Below, in pieces: positions 1 through 8,853 of a stretch of 49,672 nucleotides of DNA. The DNA comes from Parcubacteria group bacterium Gr01-1014_33 (lineage in GTDB: Bacteria; Patescibacteriota; Minisyncoccia; Sungbacterales; HO2-52-23), in assembly GCA_007376125.1 (NCBI GenBank), contig VMFQ01000012.1, positions 1 through 49,672 of the forward strand, in the 5' to 3' direction. The notes under the pieces were generated by a model that saw nothing but the letters and a program-made list of their open reading frames with translations, was not told where the DNA came from and did no database searches. Position numbers and translations under genes: made by a program. How positions within the stretch are numbered: position 1 is the stretch's first letter; every line of letters starts with the position of its first letter.

Positions 1-805
1 GTATCAGCATGTCAAACATATCTTGAGACACTTCTCCATTTTCCCCGACAGAAATTGCAAGTCGCACCAGAGTAAAAGAGTCGTCATCTCGGTAACTCAC
101 TTTTTCCCAATTAAGGAAAATCGCTCTTCCATCGCGCCAGTAGGTATTCCCGCAATGCGCGCTATCAAGATGAAGCGCGAATTTTGAACTTGGCGGGGCA
201 AAACGAGATATAATTCTTTGCGCGCGCAACGCAAGAGGAAGAATCTTTGCGACCCATTTGAGAACGCCCGCCGGATCTTTATCCCCACTATGCACAACAG
301 CGTATCCAAGCCGGTAAAGCCATCTCATGCCGCTTCTTTCGTAAGACCGCGCAGTGTACTTTCTAAGAAAAGGAAGAGTTTTAAGGTCAACATCGTACGA
401 GTTGAGTATTGCAATAGCCTTTACCGCTCTTATTAAAAGTTCTTGAGAGAGCGGTTTTAAGTCGTTGAAACACGTTCCTTTCACAAATTCCTGAATTAAG
501 AATGGCGTGGAGAATCCTTCGTCAAGCGCGTACACTTTCGGTCCGATACGGGTATGTTCAAGAGCTTTAAGTATTGCATATTCTTCCTTCATACTAATCC
601 ATTCCCCGGCGCGGTAACTTTCCTGATTTATCATGCGAAGCGCATATATTCCATAATATGGCCATCTTTTTTGTCCCGGGGCCTCTACCCGATACATAAG
701 ATGGTTTCCTTCACTTATAGTTTCAATCCGAGCGCCTTGCAATCCCATAATACCTTTGTGGTCAATGTATTCTTGAATTTCTTGGATAGTTGGTTTGCGG
801 GCCAT
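1..805 (-). CDS. APH/choline-kinase-like phosphotransferase; N-terminus complete, 3' end runs off the window
   Basis: Absent from the ORF track because it has no stop in the window. My reverse-complement translation from the ATG at 805-803 is open to position 1 (MARKPTIQEIQEYIDHKG...FDMLI). AAAGGAGAA Shine-Dalgarno lies just upstream. HLDSAHCGN fits the HxDxxxxN catalytic loop of APH/ChoK kinases. Confidence 0.6.
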   Translation of the reverse strand, partial: MARKPTIQEIQEYIDHKGIMGLQGARIETISEGNHLMYRVEAPGQKRWPYYGIYALRMINQESYRAGEWISMKEEYAILKALEHTRIGPKVYALDEGFSTPFLIQEFVKGTCFNDLKPLSQELLIRAVKAIAILNSYDVDLKTLPFLRKYTARSYERSGMRWLYRLGYAVVHSGDKDPAGVLKWVAKILPLALRAQRIISRFAPPSSKFALHLDSAHCGNTYWRDGRAIFLNWEKVSYRDDDSFTLVRLAISVGENGEVSQDMFDMLI

Positions 806-928
806 GAGTTCTCCTTTCACGCGTATCAAAATAACTCAACGTACTGATCTCATATATATCACAATTTTCCTTGATTGGCAAGAGCAACATTTTTACCTCT
901 TTTTTCGTTCTATTTAAGGAAACCCAAA

Positions 929-2098
929 ATGGAACACAAGAGAAAAAAAATCCTTTATATCATCACCAAATCGGCATGGGGCGGGGCGCAGAAATACGTG
1001 TACGATCTTGCGACTCATCTCTCGCCGGAGCAGTTTGACGTAACGGTTGCCGCCGGAGGAAATGGGGAACTTTTTACACGGCTCGCCCGCGCGCACATCC
1101 GCGCCATTCCGATCCCCGCGCTTGAACGCGACGTGCATATTATAAAAGAGCTCGCGGCATTTTTTTATTTGGCGAAAATCATCGCGCGGGAAAAACCGGA
1201 TGTCGTGCATCTCAACAGCACCAAAATCGGCATCTTGGGAGCGATTGCGGCAAAATGCGCGTTTCTTGCCACCGGCCGTTTTTCGTATATCATATTTACC
1301 GCGCACGGATGGGGATTTAAGGAAGACTGTTTTGTGCTGTGGCACGGCACTATTTTTCTCGCAGAATTTTTTGGATCGTTGTTCCAAAATAAAATTATTG
1401 TTATTGATAGTGCTGATTACCAAAGTGCGCGAAAATTTATTCCGGCGCGAAAACTTGTCCTCATACCAAACGGAATAAACGCGCCACAATTTTTGTCAAG
1501 AGAGAGAGCACGCGCAATGATCGTGGAAAAAATCGGATACCCGATTGATTCTTCCCGCCTTCTTATCGGCACCATTGCGGAATTTACGAAAAACAAAGGG
1601 CTTCCGTATCTTCTTGACGCGTTATCAAGAATATCGAGGCTAAGCCTTGATATTTCTTCAGCACCCATTTGCGTGATAATCGGAAGCGGGGAAAATGAGA
1701 AATCAATGCACCAACGCATTCGTGCGCTCGGGCTTGAGACATCTGTCTTCCTTCCCGGATTTATGCCGGATGCCGCTATGTATATGCCTGCGTTTGATAT
1801 ATTCGCGCTCCCTTCGGTGAAAGAAGGGCTCCCGTATGTGGTAATGGAAGCGATGGCCGCAGGACTTCCGATTGTTGCCTCGCAAGTCGGCGGCATACAG
1901 GATCTTATTGAAGACGGCAAAAACGGCATACTCGTGCCTCCAAAAAATCCGGACGCGCTTTCGCGCGCGCTCCATTCACTCTTTCAAGACGCGGGCACAC
2001 GCGCATCATTCGGCGCATATTCCCGGCTCAAAGTCAAGACAAAATGTACGCTCCGTGATATGATTGAAAAAACGGTATGCATATATCAAAACGAGTAA
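929..2098 (+). CDS. Glycosyltransferase family 4 (GT-B, retaining type)
   Basis: ORF 875..2098. The likely start is MEHKRKKILYIITKSAWGGAQKY at 929, preceded by AAGGA. The C-terminal EGLPYVVMEAMAAGLPIVAS...GKNGILV is the E-x7-E GT4 signature. Confidence 0.8.
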   Translation: MEHKRKKILYIITKSAWGGAQKYVYDLATHLSPEQFDVTVAAGGNGELFTRLARAHIRAIPIPALERDVHIIKELAAFFYLAKIIAREKPDVVHLNSTKIGILGAIAAKCAFLATGRFSYIIFTAHGWGFKEDCFVLWHGTIFLAEFFGSLFQNKIIVIDSADYQSARKFIPARKLVLIPNGINAPQFLSRERARAMIVEKIGYPIDSSRLLIGTIAEFTKNKGLPYLLDALSRISRLSLDISSAPICVIIGSGENEKSMHQRIRALGLETSVFLPGFMPDAAMYMPAFDIFALPSVKEGLPYVVMEAMAAGLPIVASQVGGIQDLIEDGKNGILVPPKNPDALSRALHSLFQDAGTRASFGAYSRLKVKTKCTLRDMIEKTVCIYQNE

Positions 2099-3456
2099 GC
2101 AAAAAAGTGCTTCTTCTTTTATGCGGAGATATTTTTCTTCTTTACGCCGCGCTTTACTCCGCGCTTGCGTTCCGCTACTCACCGACCGGAGAGTGGTTTC
2201 TTTTTCGCAAACATTTTTTTTCGTTTAGCGTCATATACGCATTCTGGATAATTTTTTTAAGCGCGTTCGGACTCTATGATCTTCGGCTCATGAAAAACGG
2301 CAAGATATTTTTGTACCGGCTTCTCCAGGCAATGGCGGCGGGATTTATGCTCGCGGTAAGCGTATTTTATCTCTTTCCTTTCGGGATTGAGCCGCGGAGA
2401 AACCTTTTTATCATCACCTTCCTTGGCACCTTCTTTATCGTGATATGGAGGTATTTTTTTAATCTTGTGATCCCGCGCGCGCCGTCCTCGCGGGTGATAT
2501 TTTTCGGAGCGGGCAAAGAGACTCGCGACCTCGCAGACTATCTTCTTCTCCATCCCCAGCTCGGGCATAAGCCCGTCGCATTTGTCGTAAACGGAGAAAC
2601 TGAAAACGAAACGCCTTCCTCATTCCCGTATTATACACTCCTCCAAAAAGATTTTCGCCATATTGCGCGCGACACGCGGCCCGACATTGTGGTTATTGCG
2701 CGCGAGATGAAAACAAAACGCGATGTGGTAAAAGCCCTTCTTGCGATAATCCCGCTCGGAATTTCCGTTGCTGAATTTCCCGCGTTCCACGAAATGATCA
2801 CCGGAAAAATCCCCCTTTCTCTTATTGAGGAAGTATGGTTTCTGGAAAATCTTATCGGGATAAAAAAACATTCGTACGAATTTGCGAAACGGATTATTGA
2901 CGCGGCGCTTGCGATTGTCGTGGCAATCCCCGCACTCTTTACATTTCCTTTGATCGCGCTTGCGATCACGCTCAATTCCCCCGGACCGGTATTTTTCCGG
3001 CAGAAACGAGTGGGTAGAAACGGCGCCGTCTTCACCCTCTTGAAGTACCGCTCAACCCATCGCACCGCAGTGCCTGTCGGTACGGGACGGACAAAGGAGG
3101 ATGAAGACGGCGTATATACGCGCGTGGGCAAGCTACTACGGCGAAGTTACATTGACGAGATCCCGCAGATTATAAACATCCTCAAGGGTGAGATGTCGTT
3201 TGTGGGGCCACGACCGGAACGACCTGAATACGTGAAAGAACTAAAAGAAAAAATTCCATTCTACGAAATGCGACTCCTTGTGCCTCCGGGCATTACCGGA
3301 TGGGCGCAAATCAATATGGAAGACGACGCGTCTGTTGAGGACGCACCAGAAAAAATGCAGTACGATCTTTATTACACAAAAAACAGGTCCTTTGTGTTGG
3401 ACCTGTTAATTATGCTTAAAACCTTATTCACGCTTTTTCAAAGAGAGGGACGTTGA
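2077..3456 (+). CDS. Polyprenyl-phosphate sugar phosphotransferase (WbaP/PglC-type bacterial sugar transferase), initiating enzyme
   Basis: 459 aa with N-terminal TM helices. Contains FFRQKRVGRNGAVFTLLKYRS, DEIPQIINILKGEMSFVGPRPERPEY and PGITGWAQI. The 22-nt overlap with the GT4 gene suggests an operon. Confidence 0.85.
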   Translation: MHISKRVSKKVLLLLCGDIFLLYAALYSALAFRYSPTGEWFLFRKHFFSFSVIYAFWIIFLSAFGLYDLRLMKNGKIFLYRLLQAMAAGFMLAVSVFYLFPFGIEPRRNLFIITFLGTFFIVIWRYFFNLVIPRAPSSRVIFFGAGKETRDLADYLLLHPQLGHKPVAFVVNGETENETPSSFPYYTLLQKDFRHIARDTRPDIVVIAREMKTKRDVVKALLAIIPLGISVAEFPAFHEMITGKIPLSLIEEVWFLENLIGIKKHSYEFAKRIIDAALAIVVAIPALFTFPLIALAITLNSPGPVFFRQKRVGRNGAVFTLLKYRSTHRTAVPVGTGRTKEDEDGVYTRVGKLLRRSYIDEIPQIINILKGEMSFVGPRPERPEYVKELKEKIPFYEMRLLVPPGITGWAQINMEDDASVEDAPEKMQYDLYYTKNRSFVLDLLIMLKTLFTLFQREGR

Positions 3457-3543
3457 CAAAATCTCCCTATGAAAAGATTATCAATCTTCTCATCCCCCTT
3501 TATGATATAAATGGGGATGAGACGCCTCCTTTTTTTAAAGGGG

Positions 3544-3568
3544 ATAAAACGATCGGCGATCGTTTTAT
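3544..3568. terminator. Perfect 11-bp stem hairpin between convergent genes
   Basis: ATAAAACGATC-GGC-GATCGTTTTAT read directly. It lies between the end of the plus-strand transferase and the stop of the minus-strand DUF559 gene. The flanking runs are T/A-rich. Confidence 0.4.
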
Positions 3569-3930
3569 CGGAGGGATTTTCGCAATACTTCTTCAATTCT
3601 TATCAAAACTCCCTCGATATTTTTTAGTACATCAACATTTGTAAACCGCAGTGTTTGGAGACCAAGGGAGGAAGAATAAAGATTTCTTTCGTTATCCTTT
3701 TCAATTCCCTCTTTTTCATAATGCTGTCCCCCGTCAACTTCAATGATACGAGATGCGCTGGGACAATAAAAATCAACAATATAATTTCCGATTGGTTTCT
3801 GACGATACCATTGCGCTCCACCCATCTGTTTATTCCTAAGTTTACGCTAGAGAACTCGTTCAGCGTCTGTCATTGTTTTTCGCAACTCTCTGGATTTCTT
3901 TTTGAGGTTGAAATTGTAGGGAAGAATCAT
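3565..3930 (-). pseudogene. DUF559 (Vsr-like endonuclease domain) gene interrupted by an in-frame TAG
   Basis: ORF 3565..3825 (YRQKPIGNYIVDFYCP...IEVDGGQH) is a DUF559 core. Reading upstream in the same frame from the ATG at 3930 gives MILPYNFNLKKKSRELRKTMTDAERVL-TAG-RKLRNKQM. The TAG at 3847-3849 sits where family members have Trp (TGG). Confidence 0.65.
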
Positions 3931-3988
3931 AAATAATCCGCCCTAACCCTCCTTTACAAAAGGAGGGAAGAAGCCAAAATTCTCCTTT

Positions 3989-4900
3989 TCAAATAAGATT
4001 TATCAACCGTTTCAACTCCCCGATGCCCTCTTCAAAAGAGATTTTTGGCTGCCAGCCCAAGAGTGTACGCGCGCGCGTGATGTTGGCAAGAGTTTCTTTT
4101 ACTTCGCCTTGGCGCGCGTCGCAAAATTCCCACGGCCCCCCGATCATCTCGGCAACCTGAATAACGCTATAATTTGTTCCGGTTCCCACGTTTATAATCT
4201 CCCCCTTTCCGACTTGATTGGACTCCATTGCGAGAAGATTCGCAGCCGCAACGTCCCGGACGTGCGTAAAATCGCGGCGTTGATTTCCATCCGGCACTAC
4301 GCTCATCGACTCGTTATTTTTCCTTTGCTCAAGAAAAATGCCGACTACCGTAGCATACGGCCCGTCTTTTTTTGTGGTTTGCCGAGGGCCATAGACGTTA
4401 AAATATCTCAAACATACGGTTTCCAACCCGTAAAACCGCGATGCCATCTGGCAGTATTGCTCGCCCACCCGTTTTTGGATCGCGTATGGAATAATCGGCT
4501 CCGGCGGCATATCTTCAGTAAGCGGCATGGGATGGCGCGCGCCATACGCGGAAGAAGACGCGGAATAGACAACGCGCTTTACTCCCGAATCGCGCGCCGC
4601 AAGAAGAACGTTAAGCGTTCCCGTGATATTAATGTCGTTCGTAAGTTGGGGTTGGGTGATGGAGTATTGCATGCGTGGTTGTGCCGCAGTATGAAAGACT
4701 CCCGCCGCTCCCGCAAAAATCGGTTTCAATATCTCAAAATTGCGTATGTCTTCCTCGTGCACAATCGCACGAGGGTGTATCCGTTCTCTTTTTCCGGTCA
4801 AAAAATTGTCCAGCACGTGGATTTCATCACCTCGCTCTATGAGCGCGTCAGTAATATGGGAGCCGATGAATCCGGCCCCTCCAGTTACGATATATTTCAT
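3989..4900 (-). CDS. NAD-dependent sugar-nucleotide epimerase/dehydratase (UDP-hexose 4-epimerase-like SDR)
   Basis: MKYIVTGGAGFIGSH Rossmann start at 4900. SSSAYG and YAIQK give the S...YxxxK triad, and NVYGPRQ is present. The longer track ORF (to 4978) only adds a translated palindromic repeat. Confidence 0.75.
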   Translation of the reverse strand: MKYIVTGGAGFIGSHITDALIERGDEIHVLDNFLTGKRERIHPRAIVHEEDIRNFEILKPIFAGAAGVFHTAAQPRMQYSITQPQLTNDINITGTLNVLLAARDSGVKRVVYSASSSAYGARHPMPLTEDMPPEPIIPYAIQKRVGEQYCQMASRFYGLETVCLRYFNVYGPRQTTKKDGPYATVVGIFLEQRKNNESMSVVPDGNQRRDFTHVRDVAAANLLAMESNQVGKGEIINVGTGTNYSVIQVAEMIGGPWEFCDARQGEVKETLANITRARTLLGWQPKISFEEGIGELKRLINLI

Positions 4901-4961
4901 AAAATCCAAATCACGAATATTGAATCCCGCCGAAGGCGAGGCTCGCCAAAGGCGGCGGGAA

Positions 4962-5924
4962 TCAAGCGAGAGAGACATTTTCTTCTGCGTTCGTCTTCAC
5001 TTCCTGATTCTTGATTCCTACTTCCTGATTCAACTTGCTTTTGATCCACTCATGGTCATGTACGCTCACGTCTTCCAAGGTAAGCCCTTGAGAGAGAAGA
5101 AGTTTTTCATTAAAATTCCTGTCATGACGAATTAGTTCCGCCGCTTCCGAAAGCCCCTTTCCATCCAAATGGGCGATCAAGGCATCAATGTCTTTGGGAA
5201 AGCAAAAGCCGCCAAATCCGCGGTATCCGCCGTGCAGAACATCAAGGTGCGAGTCTCCGATTCTAAAGTCAGCGGAAATTCCAAGCCGGACATTTTCATA
5301 ATCTACCCCGTGCGCTTCTGCAAGCGCGGCAAGCGCGTTTGCAAAGTTGATTTTCCGCGTAAAATATACATTCCCTCCATATTTTATAATCTCGGCTTCG
5401 GTTGCGGTGATCTTGACCGGACGATAGGTGTTTATCCCCCACGGAGACATAAACGGCGCGCGCGGAAGCAAAGAGAGCACCGCATGCGCCGCGCCAATGC
5501 TTTGGGCGGTAAACCCGACAATTTGCCGATCCGGCTTGGTAAAATCTTCCCACGCGCGTTTTTCGGTTAAAAACTCCGGGTTGAAAAGCACCTGCAGAGA
5601 CGGGTATTTTTTCTGAAAATATTCGGTGGTTCCCGGCGGAACCGTGGATTTAAGCACCACTATTTTCCCCTGCGCGATCCTTGCAAACGCGCTTTCCACG
5701 ACGCCGAGATCCGCGCTCCCGTCGCGCGCGCGCGGCGTGGGCACGCATATAAAAATCACGTCCGCAAGGTTTACGTCGTAGGAAAATCCTTTTTTGGGAT
5801 CAGTGTCAAATAAAAATAAGTCACGTCCGCGGGAATATCCGCGCAATTCCTCAAAGTATCGCTTAAGCGGGGTTCCTACCATGCCCACGGCAATAATGCC
5901 GATTTTTAATCTTGGTTGTTCCAT
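4962..5924 (-). CDS. UDP-glucose/GDP-mannose dehydrogenase family protein, short form lacking the C-terminal UDP-binding domain
   Basis: KIGIIAVGMVGTPL is an N-terminal dinucleotide fold and GFGGFCFPKD is the catalytic-Cys motif. Only ~80 aa follow the Cys. The tail (NQEVGIKNQEVKTN) is encoded by low-complexity repeat DNA. Confidence 0.65.
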   Translation of the reverse strand: MEQPRLKIGIIAVGMVGTPLKRYFEELRGYSRGRDLFLFDTDPKKGFSYDVNLADVIFICVPTPRARDGSADLGVVESAFARIAQGKIVVLKSTVPPGTTEYFQKKYPSLQVLFNPEFLTEKRAWEDFTKPDRQIVGFTAQSIGAAHAVLSLLPRAPFMSPWGINTYRPVKITATEAEIIKYGGNVYFTRKINFANALAALAEAHGVDYENVRLGISADFRIGDSHLDVLHGGYRGFGGFCFPKDIDALIAHLDGKGLSEAAELIRHDRNFNEKLLLSQGLTLEDVSVHDHEWIKSKLNQEVGIKNQEVKTNAEENVSLA

Positions 5925-5975
5925 TATACCAAGTAAAACGACTGATTGTTCTTCTGTGTTTCAGCCGCAAGAAGA

Positions 5976-6194
5976 GTTATGAATCAGGAATCTGGAATTA
6001 TGAATAAATCTCGCACCTTCCCGCAGGGTATTAAACCCCGCAGGAAGGATTTCAATAATACCCATTCATCCCGCACAAACAGTTGGTGCGGGATGAATCC
6101 CTCCAGCCACCTGCGGGGTATTCCGGGAAGATGCGGGATAAAGATTTTCCGAAATTTTCTTCTTTCTTAATTCTTACTTCCTAATTCATAATTC
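5976..6194. repeat. Composite palindromic intergenic element with low-complexity outer arms and nested hairpins
   Basis: The outer arms gttatgaatcaggaatctggaattatgaat (5976-) and ttcttaattcttacttcctaattcataattc (-6194) are imperfect reverse complements. Inside is a perfect 13-bp stem ATTCATCCCGCAC-9 nt-GTGCGGGATGAAT at 6064-6098. CCCGCAGGGTATT-like motifs are also repeated. Confidence 0.6.
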
Positions 6195-6343
6195 TATCTT
6201 CCCTAAGAAATCGCTGAATAAGTCCCTTTCTACTGAAATTGCAGAATTTCGGCTACAAGCCATTCAGTCCTCCTCGCCGTATATTTTCATATACGCCTTT
6301 GCTCGCCTCGCTCGCGCTTTGGCGGAGTGGGTCGGGCTTCATG

Positions 6344-6370
6344 GGAGAAACGATTGCCAATCGTTTCTCC
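6344..6370. repeat. 27-nt perfect palindrome GGAGAAACGATT-GCC-AATCGTTTCTCC (copy 1 of 2)
   Basis: Read directly. The same palindrome with the complementary loop (GGC) recurs at 37952-37980. Confidence 0.7.
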
Positions 6371-6408
6371 GCTCGAAATTCTGAAATTCCACCAACGAAA
6401 ATACTTAT

Positions 6409-8721
6409 TCAGCGGTTTCTAAGCATTTCCAAAAACTGTTTCGCTTCTTTCTGGTTGTCCGGACTCGGGTCAAGTTTCAACGTCTCCTCCACTTCACGGC
6501 GCGCCTCCTGGATATTCCCGGTTTCGGCAAGAAGCGCTGCCAACACCGCATGGAATTTGGCAACTTTGGGATTTTGAGAGATCATAAGCCGATATACCTC
6601 AAGCGCCGCGGGAAAATTTTGCGCTTGCTGGTATCCTTGCGCGATCCGGGACACCTGTTCCGTACTCAACGATGAAAGTGGATGAACTTTCTTGATTTCG
6701 TTTATGGTATCCTCATGCTTCGTGACCGCCGCAATTGTCCAAAGCCCCGCCCCTACTTCCCGATAACTTTTGTCCAGATTCCAAGCCTTTTTCATCGCCT
6801 GATATGCCTCCTCGGACCTCCGCGTAAGAAGATAAAACCGCGCGGCTTCAACATAGACCGCTTGGCGCGTGGGACTCACCTTTATTGATTCTTTAAAAAT
6901 CGCCTCGGCTTCTTGAATATATTTTGGATCGGATATTGCTTGCTGCTCAAGCCCGCGGGTAATGAGCGTACCCAGAAACAAAAGATGCTTGACGTCTTTT
7001 GCGCTGTGTGCGGTTTCTTTGCGAAGTTCGTCTATCGCAAATTCCACGAAATCTTTTTTTTGCTTCTGTGTCACCTTGTCGGAATACGGTATTTCGCGGC
7101 CAATAGCCGCAATCTGCTCACGCACTTCAGTGTTTCCAAACGTATCATACGCAAGCGCTTCTTGAAACGCGTTTTTTAACTGTTCCTCGCTCCCGTCTGA
7201 ATTTATGACCATGAGCACGCGTATAAGCGCCTTTCCCTCCTGTATGGGTTTGATATTAAAAAAATATATCCAGACCGAAACAACTGCAAAAAGGAAAATC
7301 ATTACAGGAATTCCGGACCAAGCGAGCGGATTTTTTCTTCCGGTTTTGGTATACGCGCGATCGAGAACATCCCTTCTGTCCGTTCCCAAGAAATACTCGG
7401 TGTAGCCGAGAAACCCAAAAAACAAAAGATAGGTATTGAGATTATCAAATACAAAGATATTTTGGAAAAACGAACTTGCGAAAAGTCCGATGAGTGTAAG
7501 ACTCGTCCATGCGCCCACGCGTGATTTTCGCGCCACCCCCGCGAGTCGCCAAAATACAACGCCGATAACAGAAAGATAACTGAAAAGTCCAAGGAATCCG
7601 GCATGAATAAGCCAGTCAAAAATAATGTCATGCGAACGGTCAAACCACGGTTCTTCGCCATAAAGCCCGGGATTGTAGTATTTTTGGAATACAAGATAAT
7701 AGTTTTCCTGGCCCCAACCGAGAATCGGACGGTCAAGCGCGCCTTTGATACTCATTCCCCATATCATAAAACGCGCGCGGATCGTGCCCTCGTTCAATGA
7801 ATAATTAGTGAGCCGTTCAAGCGCCTGATTCTTTTGCACGAATTCGGTTTTGCGGATAGACCAGAAAAAGACCGGGATAAGAAACGTAAGCAGAAGAATA
7901 ATGCCCGCGACTTTCCTTCCGGCGTTCCGGTACGGCACTACGCCGCCCCTTTTTTGCACATACGCGGCGTTTCCCTGAATATCCTCACCAAAAATCCTAT
8001 TCCAGAAGAGTACCGTAATAAACGAGAAAAGAATCGCAGATCCGGCAAGCGCAAGCACTACGCCGCGCGTTGCGCTGAAATAAATTATTGCAAGTTCAAA
8101 GAGGAGTGTTACGCCGTAAAAAATTGAAAGCGCCCGTTTTTTCCAAAATTCGCGCAGGAGCAAAAGCAAGAGCCAGACGTGGTACATGAGGTATGCCGCA
8201 AGATACGTCGGGTTTCCAATAGTCGCATCCACCCGAAATCCCCCTTGAATGGAACGGATATATCCGAGTCGCTGGAGGATGGCGTAAAGCGAAACTGCAA
8301 TGCTTGCCGCAAGCGTTACGTGGAAAAATACGAGCCAATCGCGCCGCGTTTTGAAAACACTTACCAGCATTACGAAATAAAGGTAGAGATGCCCGATCAT
8401 CATAAACCCTTCCATACGCTCATAGTTTGAGAAAAACGAGCGATAGGGATTGGGCGAGAAAAGATCCGCGAGAAAGACGATTACGGTAAATACGGTAACC
8501 GCCTTGAAAAGCAATGTCAAGCGCGGCCGATACGCAGGATTCATCACGGCAAGCCCTACCCAGAACACAAAAATAAGTTCCGTAATGATGCGGAACGTAA
8601 AATTCTTCCCGGTAATAAAGGGGAAGAGCATTGAGGGCGAGATATAGAGCGGCAAGAACGGGATCACCCAAAGCCCGATTTTGACGATCCACAAGAATAC
8701 TTTTTCAGTTTGTTTTGGCAT
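6409..8721 (-). CDS. Polytopic membrane protein with O-antigen ligase/polymerase-like (Wzy_C) core and C-terminal TPR repeats
   Basis: 770 aa with more than 10 predicted TM helices. YFSATRGVVLALAGS resembles the Wzy_C S-R-G loop. The soluble C-terminal ~270 aa has TPR-like repeats (AYQAMKKAWNLDKSY, ALEVYRLMISQNPKVAKFHAVLAALLAETGNIQEARREVEETLKLDP). Confidence 0.6.
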   Translation of the reverse strand: MPKQTEKVFLWIVKIGLWVIPFLPLYISPSMLFPFITGKNFTFRIITELIFVFWVGLAVMNPAYRPRLTLLFKAVTVFTVIVFLADLFSPNPYRSFFSNYERMEGFMMIGHLYLYFVMLVSVFKTRRDWLVFFHVTLAASIAVSLYAILQRLGYIRSIQGGFRVDATIGNPTYLAAYLMYHVWLLLLLLREFWKKRALSIFYGVTLLFELAIIYFSATRGVVLALAGSAILFSFITVLFWNRIFGEDIQGNAAYVQKRGGVVPYRNAGRKVAGIILLLTFLIPVFFWSIRKTEFVQKNQALERLTNYSLNEGTIRARFMIWGMSIKGALDRPILGWGQENYYLVFQKYYNPGLYGEEPWFDRSHDIIFDWLIHAGFLGLFSYLSVIGVVFWRLAGVARKSRVGAWTSLTLIGLFASSFFQNIFVFDNLNTYLLFFGFLGYTEYFLGTDRRDVLDRAYTKTGRKNPLAWSGIPVMIFLFAVVSVWIYFFNIKPIQEGKALIRVLMVINSDGSEEQLKNAFQEALAYDTFGNTEVREQIAAIGREIPYSDKVTQKQKKDFVEFAIDELRKETAHSAKDVKHLLFLGTLITRGLEQQAISDPKYIQEAEAIFKESIKVSPTRQAVYVEAARFYLLTRRSEEAYQAMKKAWNLDKSYREVGAGLWTIAAVTKHEDTINEIKKVHPLSSLSTEQVSRIAQGYQQAQNFPAALEVYRLMISQNPKVAKFHAVLAALLAETGNIQEARREVEETLKLDPSPDNQKEAKQFLEMLRNR

Positions 8722-8727
8722 AGAGAT

Positions 8728-8756
8728 ATAGTACTATGAGCGAGAAATGAAGTCAA
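8728..8756 (-). promoter_or_regulatory. Sigma70-like promoter predicting a leaderless mRNA for the Wzy_C-TPR gene
   Basis: On the minus strand this reads TTGACT-17 nt-TACTAT-6 nt-ATG, with the start codon at 8721. Confidence 0.5.
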
Positions 8757-8794
8757 TAAAAAAATAAAAGGGCCTCTCTAATACGAAAAGCCCT
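8757..8794 (-). terminator. Weak intrinsic terminator after the 8854-9999 gene
   Basis: On the minus strand the stem AGGGC...GCCCT is followed by TTTTATTTTTTTATT. Confidence 0.4.
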
Positions 8795-8853
8795 GCAAGT
8801 TATACTTTTGTGTGAGCATAGGCTATTAAAGGAGCATAAATGGAGTTATTGAG

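Noticed and set aside
3453-3644. 63-aa plus-strand ORF after the sugar transferase gene.
   Set aside because: It overlaps the DUF559 gene on the other strand and the terminator hairpin. It has no motif and no ribosome-binding site.
3847-3849. Stop-codon reassignment (TAG read as an amino acid).
   Set aside because: Several well-supported genes in the window terminate at TAG at the expected protein ends (for example 13481-14530 and 35288-36388). A single case is better explained by a point mutation.
4109-5014. 301-aa plus-strand ORF opposite the epimerase and UGDH-like genes. Similar long antisense ORFs occur at 17606-18196, 23937-24653, 30936-31532, 39712-40227, 43745-44362 and 46561-47148.
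   Set aside because: They are shadow ORFs. Their composition is Arg/Ser/Cys-rich and has no recognisable motifs. Each is fully overlapped by a minus-strand gene with strong family signatures.
5946-6577. Small plus-strand ORFs 5946-6170 and 6239-6577 in the 484-bp spacer.
   Set aside because: They are translations of nested hairpin repeats (for example GETIANRFS from the 27-nt palindrome). One overlaps the 3' end of the Wzy_C gene. There are no start signals.
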